In this document: positions 20,166 to 29,784 of the stretch, piece by piece | How positions within the stretch are numbered: position 1 is the stretch's first letter | Layout: the number at the start of each line of letters is the position of its first letter | Source: a virus | DNA length: 64,000 nt | Strand: one strand, 5' to 3' | Virus record (IMG/VR): IMGVR_UViG_3300035670_000040 | Span: 32,001-96,000 of that record | Position numbers and translations under genes: made by a program | Notes under the pieces: model-generated | Told to the model about the DNA's origin: nothing | Database searches by the model: none | The model's input: the letters and a program-made list of their open reading frames with translations, nothing else

Positions 20166-21137
20166 TTATCTTTTCAATAAAGAAATATCATTTTTTACCA
20201 TTTTAGAAACCATTTCTGAAAATGATGTTTTTGGTTTCCAATTTAAAACAGTTTTAGCTTTTGTTGCATCTCCTCTTAAAACATCTACTTCGGCTGGTCT
20301 AAAGAATTTTTCATCTTTTACAACATATTTAGACCAATCTGTTATTCCTATATTTGAAAATGATTCATCTAAAAAGTTTCTAATTGTTCTGGTTTCACCT
20401 GTAGCTAAAACATAATCATCTGGCTTTTCTTGTTGAAGCATAAGCCACATCCCTTCAACATAATCAGGAGCATATCCCCAGTCTCTAGATGCTTCTAAGT
20501 TGCCCAAACTTAATGTTTCCTGTAATCCTAAATGTATTCTAGCTATACCGTCTGTTATTTTTCTTGTTACAAACTGTTTTCCTCTTCTTTCGCTTTCGTG
20601 ATTGAATAAAATACCGCTACAATTAAACATATTATAAGATTCCCTGTAATTTTTACAAATCCAGTGACCATATAACTTGGCAACGCCATAAGGAGATCTT
20701 GGATAGAATGGCGTTGTTTCTTTTGCTGGATTTTCTACCATTTTTCCAAACATTTCCGAAGAAGATGCTTGATAAAATTTTATATTTTTACTTCCATATT
20801 CTCTTATTGCTTCAAGCATTCTTAATACACCAACACCTGTGGTGTTTGCTATTACTTCTGGTGTATCCCAGCTATCTTCAACAAACGATTGTGATGCTAA
20901 ATTATAAACTTCGTCTGGATTTGATTCTTTTAAACATCTTACTAATGAATTTTGATCTGATAAATCTCCTTTTACAAAGTTTATGTGATTTACTAAATGT
21001 GTAGTATTTCTTCTGTCCTCATTAGCCTTTCTTCTTTCTATACCAAAAACCTCGTAGTCTTTTTCTAATAACAATTCGGCTAGATGACTTCCATCCATTC
21101 CATTAATTCCACTTATTAATGCTTTTCTTTTTTTCAT
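20166..21137 (-). CDS. gmd: GDP-mannose 4,6-dehydratase
   Basis: ALISGINGMDGSHLA, YNLASQSFV, FYQASSSEMFG, PRSPYGVAKLY, ILFNHESERRG, FVTRKI, RDWGYA. Start set at ATG 21137 (track start 21161 is TTG). Confidence 0.95.
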   Translation of the reverse strand: MKKRKALISGINGMDGSHLAELLLEKDYEVFGIERRKANEDRRNTTHLVNHINFVKGDLSDQNSLVRCLKESNPDEVYNLASQSFVEDSWDTPEVIANTTGVGVLRMLEAIREYGSKNIKFYQASSSEMFGKMVENPAKETTPFYPRSPYGVAKLYGHWICKNYRESYNMFNCSGILFNHESERRGKQFVTRKITDGIARIHLGLQETLSLGNLEASRDWGYAPDYVEGMWLMLQQEKPDDYVLATGETRTIRNFLDESFSNIGITDWSKYVVKDEKFFRPAEVDVLRGDATKAKTVLNWKPKTSFSEMVSKMVKNDISLLKR

Positions 21138-21145
21138 GTTTTTAA

Positions 21146-21829
21146 TTATAAATTTTTCCAATTAATACAAGGAGTTAAATTTTTATCCACCTGTGTCGTT
21201 ACACCAGGTAATGGATTCCATAGTCTTGTATTTTTTTCGGTTATTAGATATCGAAAAAGATCTCGGTCATTCAATTTAAATTTATAAGCAGCATCTTTCA
21301 TTGTACTATTCCAAAATTCTCTTGTGCATGACCAAGTGCAACAGGTAGATTCACATGTTCTCCAATGACAATTTGTTTTTTTAGAAAAAGCTATATATTC
21401 TTTACCTAAAGTGATATCATCTGATCTTGTATATCTATCTAAATGATCATATCCTGTAACCAAATTAAAATTTAAAACACCATAATATATAGTTTTTATG
21501 GAATTTTCTAGATGCAAATAATCATCTTCCACGAAATATAAGTGATTAGTTAATTCATCTGCTATTTTAAAGGTTTCTAATAAACTTTTTTCATTATTAT
21601 TATAATCAATTTTTACTACTTCAAAATTTTTAGGAATATTTTTATATAAAACACCTTTAGGACCATCGTGTACAAAAATAACTTTATTAACTAATTCTGA
21701 AGAATATTCTAGAGCTTTTAGAAAAGAATTAAGACATTTTATTTTATCAAACCAATCGGGTCTTATATGTTTAAATTGATTTTTTAAAATTTCATTCTCA
21801 CAACACCTATATATTATATCAATTTTCAT
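21146..21829 (-). CDS. GT-A fold glycosyltransferase-like protein
   Basis: FVHDG and LYFVEDDYLH (DxD-like) motifs; island context. Confidence 0.7.
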   Translation of the reverse strand: MKIDIIYRCCENEILKNQFKHIRPDWFDKIKCLNSFLKALEYSSELVNKVIFVHDGPKGVLYKNIPKNFEVVKIDYNNNEKSLLETFKIADELTNHLYFVEDDYLHLENSIKTIYYGVLNFNLVTGYDHLDRYTRSDDITLGKEYIAFSKKTNCHWRTCESTCCTWSCTREFWNSTMKDAAYKFKLNDRDLFRYLITEKNTRLWNPLPGVTTQVDKNLTPCINWKNL

Positions 21830-22556
21830 TTTTATTAAAAAGTTTTTTTGCTATTTGTATAGGCAATATATCATTATTATTTTCTAATAAATCTAACAAT
21901 TCTTGTTTATAACCATGACCTCCATGAAATCCGAAATGTGAATCTATTGTAATATTTTTTTCATTTAAATCAATAGGACATTCAAAAGAAAATCTTTTTG
22001 CTGTTTTTACATCAGCATATTTAATTCCAAGTTCTTTGAATTCTTTTCTTTTTAATATACAGAAAAAATTATCTTCTGGAACATAATCTGGATCAGGATA
22101 ATCTAATTTTGATGCTTCTTCTAAGATTTTTTTTGATCTCAGTGAAAACCCACCATTTCCTACTATAATAGGAGTTTTTCTTATATCTATACCCATATTA
22201 CAAGTATACATTCCTCTTTGTGACAATAAAATATCCCAAGGAGCGCCTATATAATCAAAGTTCAAAAAATCATCAGTCCACATGAGAGGATTTGTTACAA
22301 ATCCATCAGGTTGCACTATTAAAACATGGCTTGTGTTTATATAGTTGTAAAGTTCCTTAACACAAAATAAACTATATTCTCCCAAGCTTTTTATTTTTGG
22401 TATAATTTTTGTTTTTATGTTTGAATGTTCTTTATCGCTTAATAAAAACGAATCTCCAAATTTTATATATCTGGAACTATACTCTATAGCCTTTATACTT
22501 TTATCTGAATCTCTCGTATTAATTGATACTATTGTTACATTTTCAAGATTTAACAT
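21819..22556 (-). CDS. DUF5672-like putative glycosyltransferase
   Basis: VQPDGFV, FDYIGAPW, VGNGGFSLRSKK, PEDNFF, A-x2-FSFE, FGFHG. Confidence 0.8.
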   Translation of the reverse strand: MLNLENVTIVSINTRDSDKSIKAIEYSSRYIKFGDSFLLSDKEHSNIKTKIIPKIKSLGEYSLFCVKELYNYINTSHVLIVQPDGFVTNPLMWTDDFLNFDYIGAPWDILLSQRGMYTCNMGIDIRKTPIIVGNGGFSLRSKKILEEASKLDYPDPDYVPEDNFFCILKRKEFKELGIKYADVKTAKRFSFECPIDLNEKNITIDSHFGFHGGHGYKQELLDLLENNNDILPIQIAKKLFNKNEN

Positions 22557-23418
22557 GTTTTTGTAATTCTTTTATTATCTCTGAATAACTAGGTGTTTTA
22601 TAAAAAATTAAATTTTTTGTTTTTTTGAAATTAACACCTTTCCCCAAAACATCAGGTCTTCTTCCGTTTGCATAAACTGGCATAAAATGCGCTCCTTCCA
22701 TATCCAAAACAACATTTATCAAATTTTCTTTAGCGCATATTTGAGTCAAATTAGCTGTTCCTGTTTGATTCTGTACACAGAATAAACAATTTTCAGAATT
22801 TAAAAGAGAACACCAGTCTTTTAAATTTACTAAATGAACATTTGGCATTTTACTAAAAATTTCGTTATGAAATCCTGTTATATAAATTGGAACATTATAT
22901 TGTTTTTGTAAATTTTCAACCAAACCAAAACTATAATCATCTGGCATATTTAAATGCTCTCTATGTTTTCTTATTCGTCTATTCAAACATATAAATTTTT
23001 TATTCGGTACTATTGAATGGTTATAATCTAGGTTTGTTATTAAATCATAATCTTCCTCAAAGAAACGATATTTTGGCTTAGAATCTACAAAATACAAATC
23101 ATGAAAATCTTTTGTTTCCTGAAAAATACAATTTAAATAAAATTCTATAGAGTTGATTTCATTAACAACTTTTTGCTTTTTTATTTCTTCATATTCTTTC
23201 CAAGAAATAGTTTTAATTTGTTTACTATACAAAAATTCTCTACCGCTACATGTAACAACAACATCCTCATTTGTGTTTAATTGTTTTGTATTTATGAGTC
23301 TCTTTGATAAAAGATGTGTTGTTATAACTTCCCAACCAAGTTCGTAATAATTTTCTAATGGTCCAATCTGAAGTGTTTTATCACTATGAATTTCTCTTCC
23401 TGCTATAAAAAATTTCAT
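22543..23418 (-). CDS. Hypothetical protein, possibly GT-B-like
   Basis: 291 aa in the island; ELGWE start and ICLNRRIR...QTGTANL weakly recall GT9/GT-B lobes. Confidence 0.5.
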   Translation of the reverse strand: MKFFIAGREIHSDKTLQIGPLENYYELGWEVITTHLLSKRLINTKQLNTNEDVVVTCSGREFLYSKQIKTISWKEYEEIKKQKVVNEINSIEFYLNCIFQETKDFHDLYFVDSKPKYRFFEEDYDLITNLDYNHSIVPNKKFICLNRRIRKHREHLNMPDDYSFGLVENLQKQYNVPIYITGFHNEIFSKMPNVHLVNLKDWCSLLNSENCLFCVQNQTGTANLTQICAKENLINVVLDMEGAHFMPVYANGRRPDVLGKGVNFKKTKNLIFYKTPSYSEIIKELQKHVKS

Positions 23419-24128
23419 ATAAAAATGTCTAAACTTTCTATGTTAATGCAATTATTGTAAGAAAATTTACAATTTTCGTCCAAATAATACAATGTTTTTT
23501 TATTTAAAAAATTATTTTTATTCATAACAGAAAACCAAGGACCAGTATTTATTCCTATAATCTTTTTTGTATATAGTGACAATTGGCCTATGTTATAAAC
23601 TGACATGTTATAATCTAATGTACATGGTATATCCTTTATATTCTTTGTTGTAATTAATTTTTTATTTTTGAATTTTTCTATAAATTGATTTTCTGCTATA
23701 TCTTTCGATAATTGATTGCTTAGAGGTATAGAATTTATTAAAAGTATATCCCAGTCTTGAGATGTTGGGTTGTTTCCTTTTATTTCAGGTAACATATCTT
23801 CTATTTTTTTAAAGGGACATGTTAAGCCTAACAATTTGCATAGTTTATTATACGAATATAGTCTTAATTCGCACAGGTTAAACGGTATGGGGGGGATTCC
23901 AAATTGTCCAACCCAACCTCTATAACTATCAATCGGTGCATTATTATATGGTTTTACAATAATTCTTTGTTTTTCATTTACAAAGTCTTGAACTTGGCTA
24001 CTATGTTTATCCAAAACATAATAATCAATAATCAAGTCTGGATAAATTTTTAAAAGTTCATTTAAAAAATGAGTATGCAGCAAACAATCTCCTAAATGCG
24101 TTTCGCTTTTAAAATTTATTTTTTTCAT
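23415..24128 (-). CDS. GT9-like glycosyltransferase
   Basis: HLGDCLL near the N-terminus and IIGINTGPW near the C-terminus. Confidence 0.55.
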   Translation of the reverse strand: MKKINFKSETHLGDCLLHTHFLNELLKIYPDLIIDYYVLDKHSSQVQDFVNEKQRIIVKPYNNAPIDSYRGWVGQFGIPPIPFNLCELRLYSYNKLCKLLGLTCPFKKIEDMLPEIKGNNPTSQDWDILLINSIPLSNQLSKDIAENQFIEKFKNKKLITTKNIKDIPCTLDYNMSVYNIGQLSLYTKKIIGINTGPWFSVMNKNNFLNKKTLYYLDENCKFSYNNCINIESLDIFI

Positions 24129-24915
24129 ATATAAATTTTAACTTTTCTAAACATTCTTTTTCTGAAACTATTTTTTCTTGAGGTCCATAATTTTGAACAA
24201 CAGAAAAACCGGTTTTTTTTATAAAAGTTTCTACACCTTTTTTAAATGTGTTTATAAAATCTTCTCCTCTAATTTTACTTTGTTGATGATCAGGAACAAT
24301 ATCTTTTAAATATTTAAAAGATTCATGAACATCTGCAAAATATCTAAATGGAGGGTGAAAGTTTTTTTCAATTGAAAGATATGTGTGATATACATGTTCC
24401 ATAGCATTATAAAACTCTTCATCCATCAATCCAATTTCATCTAAAACGGTTTTGTGATAATAAGAAAATGCTCCTAAAAGATTAAAATATAAATCTATTT
24501 TAATATTATTTTTATATTCTATGGTTTTTATTATATTAAAAGACCCATTGTTTGGATTTTTATTATGATTACCATGTAAAGCATAATTTAAATGCAAAAT
24601 ACCTGTATTTTTGGATGTTTCTATATATTTTTCAAAAACATTTTTATCTATTATTTCTACATCATCTTCCATCAAAAAAATATGTTCACAATTTTTGTTT
24701 AAAAGAAATTGTAGTGCCTTATTTTTAGAAAATGCTACTCCTTTTCTTCCTTTTGTTTTAATATAATTTTTAGGAATAAAAGAAGGTGTTGTTTCTCCGT
24801 CATTAACAACGACAATCTCTATATCTTCTCTTTTAATCAAAGAATTTATAGACTTTTCATAAAAATCTAAACGATCACAGGTTATTAAGCCGCAACCTAT
24901 TTTATTTTTTTCCAT
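24109..24915 (-). CDS. GT2-family glycosyltransferase
   Basis: ITCDR, VVVNDG, GVAFSKN, FLMEDD, IGLMDEEF, EH. Confidence 0.85.
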   Translation of the reverse strand: MEKNKIGCGLITCDRLDFYEKSINSLIKREDIEIVVVNDGETTPSFIPKNYIKTKGRKGVAFSKNKALQFLLNKNCEHIFLMEDDVEIIDKNVFEKYIETSKNTGILHLNYALHGNHNKNPNNGSFNIIKTIEYKNNIKIDLYFNLLGAFSYYHKTVLDEIGLMDEEFYNAMEHVYHTYLSIEKNFHPPFRYFADVHESFKYLKDIVPDHQQSKIRGEDFINTFKKGVETFIKKTGFSVVQNYGPQEKIVSEKECLEKLKFIYEKNKF

Positions 24916-25651
24916 AATTTGATTGTAAAAAATTTATATTTTGTAGAACAGTCTCTTCATTTGATTCGGTTATTTCATTGTGATTAGGAATAAACTTGTT
25001 TTTATTCATAAAATAACCATAAGAATATCTTACCGTTAAGTCTTCACTAGGAAAATCTTTTATATAAGAATTTTCCATAGTTTTTTTATTCTCTACCATT
25101 TTTAAAGAAATGCTTGGATAAAATCCATTTGGCGTATATAATTTTTTATTTTTTAATCTAGTAATATAATCATAAACATCTAAATCATGAGTGTTTATAA
25201 ACTGTTCATCAAAAAAACCAACATTTTTTATTATACCTTTAAATGTATATAAAAATTTAGTATTAAGTTTTTTTGAAATTTTCAAAATAAATCCGTTATC
25301 ATCTTCTACGTCTAATGTCTTATCATCAACATATCCTGATAAGAACCAAGTTCCAAATGTTTTTGCTGTTTCGTGTATTTTTTCAAAAATACTACTGTCA
25401 TTAATAATTTGATCAGAGTGTAAAATAAAATAATAATCTAAATTATTGATTCTAAAATCATGAAGAATTAAATTCCTCATGTGGGCAATAGATACTTTAT
25501 CAACAAAAATATGATTTTGTATTTTATTGTTTTTAATTGTCGTTTTTCTATTACTAACAACACATACATAAACATTTTCTGGTATTTTATCCAGAACATT
25601 ATTTAATGAATCGTCATCATACAAATCTAATAATCCTATTCCTGTTTTCAT
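24902..25651 (-). CDS. GT2-like protein, degenerate
   Basis: SIAHMRN, FILHSD in place of DxD, VGFFDEQF; resembles the adjacent GT2. Confidence 0.6.
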   Translation of the reverse strand: MKTGIGLLDLYDDDSLNNVLDKIPENVYVCVVSNRKTTIKNNKIQNHIFVDKVSIAHMRNLILHDFRINNLDYYFILHSDQIINDSSIFEKIHETAKTFGTWFLSGYVDDKTLDVEDDNGFILKISKKLNTKFLYTFKGIIKNVGFFDEQFINTHDLDVYDYITRLKNKKLYTPNGFYPSISLKMVENKKTMENSYIKDFPSEDLTVRYSYGYFMNKNKFIPNHNEITESNEETVLQNINFLQSNYGKK

Positions 25652-26685
25652 GTAGTTTTATTGTAAATTTCAGTCAAATATTTAATTGTTTCTTCTTTAC
25701 AGTCAATATCCAATGTATCTATATATTCGCATATATTTTGAAGAATGTCAACAGAGTCATATGTTTTTGTTTCTGTTTTATCATTATCTTCTTTTTCCAA
25801 ATACTCTGTTTTAACATTAAATGGTTCATGTTTCATAACCTTCATTAATAAATTGCTTGCATCCTCTTGTTTTAATGAAGAATCTAAATTTAGAGAAACA
25901 AAATTGTTTTTAATTTTGTTGGAAAGATTTTTTTTATTCAAATCTTCGGTTTTTAATTTCACAAATTTTGGAGAAAATGTGTTTTCAATAAAATCAAATG
26001 ATTGATTATCCAGATCAACGATATAATAACCTCTTTGATCTCCTGTATCTCCAAAATTGTGTTGATATGGGCTTCCTAAATATAAAATTTGTCCTTTTTC
26101 ATATATTCTGTGGTCTTTTTTGTGAAAATGACCTGATATTATGAAAGAACTTTTGTTTAATAGATTTTTAGATTCTTCTCCCTTTTCACATGTCTTAAAA
26201 GTATTCATGTAAAAAGTATTGATCTCAAAATGACCAAAACAAATGTCTGAATTTGGAATATTTGAACAAGAAACACCCCAAGGAATAAATGATATTGTTT
26301 TATTGTTTTTTGTTTTTAATAAAAAATATTCTTTATCAACTATTTTAATATTATTCCATCCATCAAAAACACAGATTGAATTTATATCACTATTCTCCTT
26401 GTGTAGACAATCATGATTTCCAGCCAAAATAATAATTTTGAAATCTATAAAATAATCAAAAAAGTTTTTTGCTGTATGTATTGTTTTTAAAGAAATTTCG
26501 GATCTATTATGAAATACATCACCAGCAATAACTATTGTTTTAATTCCATTTTCTTTATAATATTTCGATGCTCTCTTAGCAAATTCTAAAGATATATCGT
26601 GCCAATCCTGACTGTCTTGATAAAGACCTATATGGATGTCAGAAAAACATCCAACTTTTGAATCTATAATATCAATCATTATCAA
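25648..26685 (-). CDS. gp47: Recombination nuclease subunit (gp47/Mre11/SbcD)
   Basis: SDIHIG, AGDVFHNR, GNHD, GHFE, SGHFH, YLGSPYQ-x2-FGD. Confidence 0.93.
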   Translation of the reverse strand: MIMIDIIDSKVGCFSDIHIGLYQDSQDWHDISLEFAKRASKYYKENGIKTIVIAGDVFHNRSEISLKTIHTAKNFFDYFIDFKIIILAGNHDCLHKENSDINSICVFDGWNNIKIVDKEYFLLKTKNNKTISFIPWGVSCSNIPNSDICFGHFEINTFYMNTFKTCEKGEESKNLLNKSSFIISGHFHKKDHRIYEKGQILYLGSPYQHNFGDTGDQRGYYIVDLDNQSFDFIENTFSPKFVKLKTEDLNKKNLSNKIKNNFVSLNLDSSLKQEDASNLLMKVMKHEPFNVKTEYLEKEDNDKTETKTYDSVDILQNICEYIDTLDIDCKEETIKYLTEIYNKTT

Positions 26686-27280
26686 AAGGATTTAAATCTT
26701 TTGTTATAGTTGTTTGATTATTTTTAAGCAAGTTTGAATAACCCTCTGTCATTAACATATATTCTTGCTGATACCTTTCTTGTGCTTCATGGATAGTTTT
26801 TTCTTTTTTAATTCTATTTCTAAATGCATTGAATGCTATTCTAGTAAAATAAGAGAATGGATTTGTTCCCTTTTCTCTATCATATTTTTTAGAAATAAGC
26901 GCCTTAAACATTCTTACAATTCCATCACCAACCATCTCTTCTCTGTATGTATATCCTGCAAAATTTGATGAATAACTTAGTTTACTTGAAATTTTGTTTA
27001 ACATTTCTGCTAATTCATTTGATATAACACCACTATTGTAATATTTTACAATTTCATCATCAAATTGTTTAGGATCAACATAAAATTTTTCCTTCGGAAT
27101 TTTAGGTCTGTTTTGTCTTTTCTTTTTTTCTAATTCATCATAATCAATGTCTTCTAATTCATCAGAATCTTCATCATAATCTTCGGCATAAATTTCATTC
27201 TCTGGATTGTATGCCAAATATTCTTCGTCATCAAATTCTTTAAATTTCTTTTTCGATAGTTTTGTATTTTTCTTCATCAT
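26672..27280 (-). CDS. gp55: Late-transcription sigma factor (T4 gp55-like)
   Basis: YVD-x3-F, LSYSSNFAGYTYREEMVGDG, NPFSYFTRIAFNAFRNRIKKEK; acidic N-terminal extension. Confidence 0.92.
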   Translation of the reverse strand: MMKKNTKLSKKKFKEFDDEEYLAYNPENEIYAEDYDEDSDELEDIDYDELEKKKRQNRPKIPKEKFYVDPKQFDDEIVKYYNSGVISNELAEMLNKISSKLSYSSNFAGYTYREEMVGDGIVRMFKALISKKYDREKGTNPFSYFTRIAFNAFRNRIKKEKTIHEAQERYQQEYMLMTEGYSNLLKNNQTTITKDLNPFDND

Positions 27281-28664
27281 ATAGTTTTTTTCTTTCTTTC
27301 AAATGTTTAATAGCATATTTTGTATTATCTGTTATATCAAAAATTGTTGCAATTTTTTTTGTTGGGTGGAGTCTTAGTGCTCTTCCAATTGATTGCATGA
27401 TTTTTATCTTTGCTTTTCCTGCTGATGCAAAAATAATATTATGCAAATTTGGTATATTAATACCAGTACTGAATATTTTTGACATAGCAACAACTATAAC
27501 ATCATTACTTTTTTCCATCAATGATCTTATGGTTTCTCTTTCCTCTATTTCTGTTGAACCCCTTATAAAATAAATTTGTTTTTTGCTTTTATCTTTTAAA
27601 TAATCATATAAAAACTGACCATGATCTATTCTATCAACCATTATAATAGTGTTGTTTTCAATTTTTTCTGATAAATTACAAATAATTTTGTTTCTTTCCA
27701 AACTATTTGTAAGAAATTCAAATTCTTTATTGTAAAGATCCATTGATGGGTCTGTTGAATAAAGATATGATGGTATATTCTTGTGTTTTATTTTTAAAAT
27801 AACAATTTGAAATGAAGAAATATAATCTTGTTTTTCGAGATTTATTGTTTTTTCTTCGTATGTTATTGGTCCAAATTTTCCTATAATATTCCATTGATCA
27901 ATCAATGAAGGAGGCATTGTTCCTGTATATCCAAAGGTATATGGAGTATTTAAAAGTGAAAATATTTTGTTTATATTATTTTGTTTGCGAATTCCGTGGA
28001 CTTCATCACATATAAAAACATCTAATTCTGCTAATATAGACAAATCACTAGATTTACTTAACAGAATTTGAGTTCCTGCTATGATTATATCTGAATTTTC
28101 AAAATCTGGTTTATTTTTTCCAGACCACTTCGTTACTCTATCAAGTCCATATTGTATAAAATCATTTGATGTCTGTTCAACAAGTTGAATAGAAGGAACC
28201 AATACCAGAACTTTTGCATTTTCTTTGTTTAATAAAGATCTTATGTTTTTTATTAGACAAGCCATAACATAAGTTTTCCCTCCTGCTGTTGGAAGAATTG
28301 TTACTCCTCTTCCTTGCAACAAACTTTTTTCTATGGATTTTTCTTGATAAGATCTAAAATCCATACTTAATTTTTGAATTTCAAAATCTTTTATTTCTTT
28401 TATAGGATTGTAAAGATTTCTTATTTCTTCTTCTATTTGAACAAATATACCTTTCTTAAAAAAGAAATCGATCACTTCTCCTAGTAGTCCAATCTCAAAT
28501 TTACCAGAAGGAGTTATACAATAAAGTCTTTTTTGAACAAATGGAGAATTACTTCTGTATGCAGGATTTTGAACGGAAAAATATTCTCTCACCAATGAAA
28601 CCATTGATGAATCTCCGTCTAATTGGAGTATATTTTTTTTCTTTCCGCTAAATTTTATATTCAT
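27240..28664 (-). CDS. uvsW: SF2 DNA helicase UvsW
   Basis: RSYQ, PTAGGKT, LVPSIQLVEQ, DEVH, GYTGT, FSTGINIPNLHNIIFAS, QSIGRALR. Confidence 0.93.
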   Translation of the reverse strand: MNIKFSGKKKNILQLDGDSSMVSLVREYFSVQNPAYRSNSPFVQKRLYCITPSGKFEIGLLGEVIDFFFKKGIFVQIEEEIRNLYNPIKEIKDFEIQKLSMDFRSYQEKSIEKSLLQGRGVTILPTAGGKTYVMACLIKNIRSLLNKENAKVLVLVPSIQLVEQTSNDFIQYGLDRVTKWSGKNKPDFENSDIIIAGTQILLSKSSDLSILAELDVFICDEVHGIRKQNNINKIFSLLNTPYTFGYTGTMPPSLIDQWNIIGKFGPITYEEKTINLEKQDYISSFQIVILKIKHKNIPSYLYSTDPSMDLYNKEFEFLTNSLERNKIICNLSEKIENNTIIMVDRIDHGQFLYDYLKDKSKKQIYFIRGSTEIEERETIRSLMEKSNDVIVVAMSKIFSTGINIPNLHNIIFASAGKAKIKIMQSIGRALRLHPTKKIATIFDITDNTKYAIKHLKERKKLYDEEKYKTIEKEI

Positions 28665-29059
28665 TATGTTGTTTCGAGTTTATTAATATCTATGATATTT
28701 TTCAAATCATAACTCATTGTTTTGAATATTTGTTCAACTTTTTCCAAATATTCAATCATGATATTGGTTTCTTCTATTTCTTCATCTATTGTAATAATTT
28801 GTTCTGTTGAATCAATTTTTAAATCAAGACTTTTTCTAGGTATTCCTTTTGGAATATCTTGTAATTTAGAAAGTACAGATTCTTTTATTTCTTTTCTTTT
28901 TTTGTTTAAAATGTTTAGTTTTCTTTTATGAGAAATTAATCTTGCAACCCATTTGTGTTTCACGCCGGGTAGTTGTAATTGTTTCTCTAAAAGATTAAGT
29001 TCGTCTATTTTAGTATCCAATGTTATTTCATTTTCATACTCTTCGAACAAATTTTTCAT
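28664..29059 (-). CDS. uvsY: Recombination mediator UvsY
   Basis: 131-aa coiled coil upstream of uvsW; D-x-KIDE-x-NL, P-x2-HKW, YDLKNIID. Confidence 0.8.
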   Translation of the reverse strand: MKNLFEEYENEITLDTKIDELNLLEKQLQLPGVKHKWVARLISHKRKLNILNKKRKEIKESVLSKLQDIPKGIPRKSLDLKIDSTEQIITIDEEIEETNIMIEYLEKVEQIFKTMSYDLKNIIDINKLETT

Positions 29060-29078
29060 AAATATATAATAATATATT

Positions 29079-29345
29079 ATGAATAAATTACAACAAATAA
29101 TTTTAAATGTTATACAAGAAATGGATTGGGGTGGTGTATATGGCTCAACATCAGGACCATCTGCTGAACAAGGGACTCAATTATATAACACAGACTCGTA
29201 CGCAACCGGATCAAATATTATACCAAATAATAATTTTCCTATGCAGAAAAGAACATTTCCTGAACTAATTAATCAAAAGAAAAAGAAAAAAAATGGCAAA
29301 CAAAAACAAAAACAAAGGAAAAGCATTCGAAAGACAAATTTGTGA
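29079..29345 (+). CDS. Hypothetical protein with basic tail, possible head-internal protein
   Basis: 88 aa; leader MNKLQQIILNVIQE, Lys-rich C-terminus; TAAATA at 29059-29064. Confidence 0.6.
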   Translation: MNKLQQIILNVIQEMDWGGVYGSTSGPSAEQGTQLYNTDSYATGSNIIPNNNFPMQKRTFPELINQKKKKKNGKQKQKQRKSIRKTNL

Positions 29346-29784
29346 AATACTAACTAATTGTTTTGGAATAAACTTTCAGAGAATTCCCAACTCCGGTTCT
29401 TATGTTGGAGGAAAAAACATAGTTAGGTATGATGGTTTAACAGAAGAACAAAAACTTTTGGCTGATGGTGATATTATAGTTCCTTCTGAATTAAGTCATA
29501 TTTCAATGGAATGTAAATCATATAAAGATTTTTCATTTAGCGGTCTTTTTTTAGGAAAAAATGCATTACTGGATGGATGGATAGAACAATCATCAAATAC
29601 AAAAAAATCTAAATGGCTTTTGTTTTTTAAAATAAATAACAAAGGTATATTTGTTGTTTATGACATTTCAAAATTTCCTGTAAATATGCAAAAAGAAAAT
29701 TATCATCTGTACAAAAACCAATATGTTATACAGGATATAAACGAATTTTTAGAAAAAAATAAAAACAAATTATATGAAAAATAA
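29293..29784 (+). CDS. Holliday-junction resolvase, Hjc-like PD-(D/E)xK nuclease
   Basis: KGKAFER, RIPNSG, GDII, MECKSY, W-x2-Q. Confidence 0.82.
   Translation: MANKNKNKGKAFERQICEILTNCFGINFQRIPNSGSYVGGKNIVRYDGLTEEQKLLADGDIIVPSELSHISMECKSYKDFSFSGLFLGKNALLDGWIEQSSNTKKSKWLLFFKINNKGIFVVYDISKFPVNMQKENYHLYKNQYVIQDINEFLEKNKNKLYEK

Noticed and set aside
16418-25651. Bacterial O-antigen/LPS locus from a chimeric assembly
   Set aside because: First island gene overlaps the gp47 stop, composition looks the same as the flanks, and wzx/wzy/ABC export genes are absent; read mapping would settle it.
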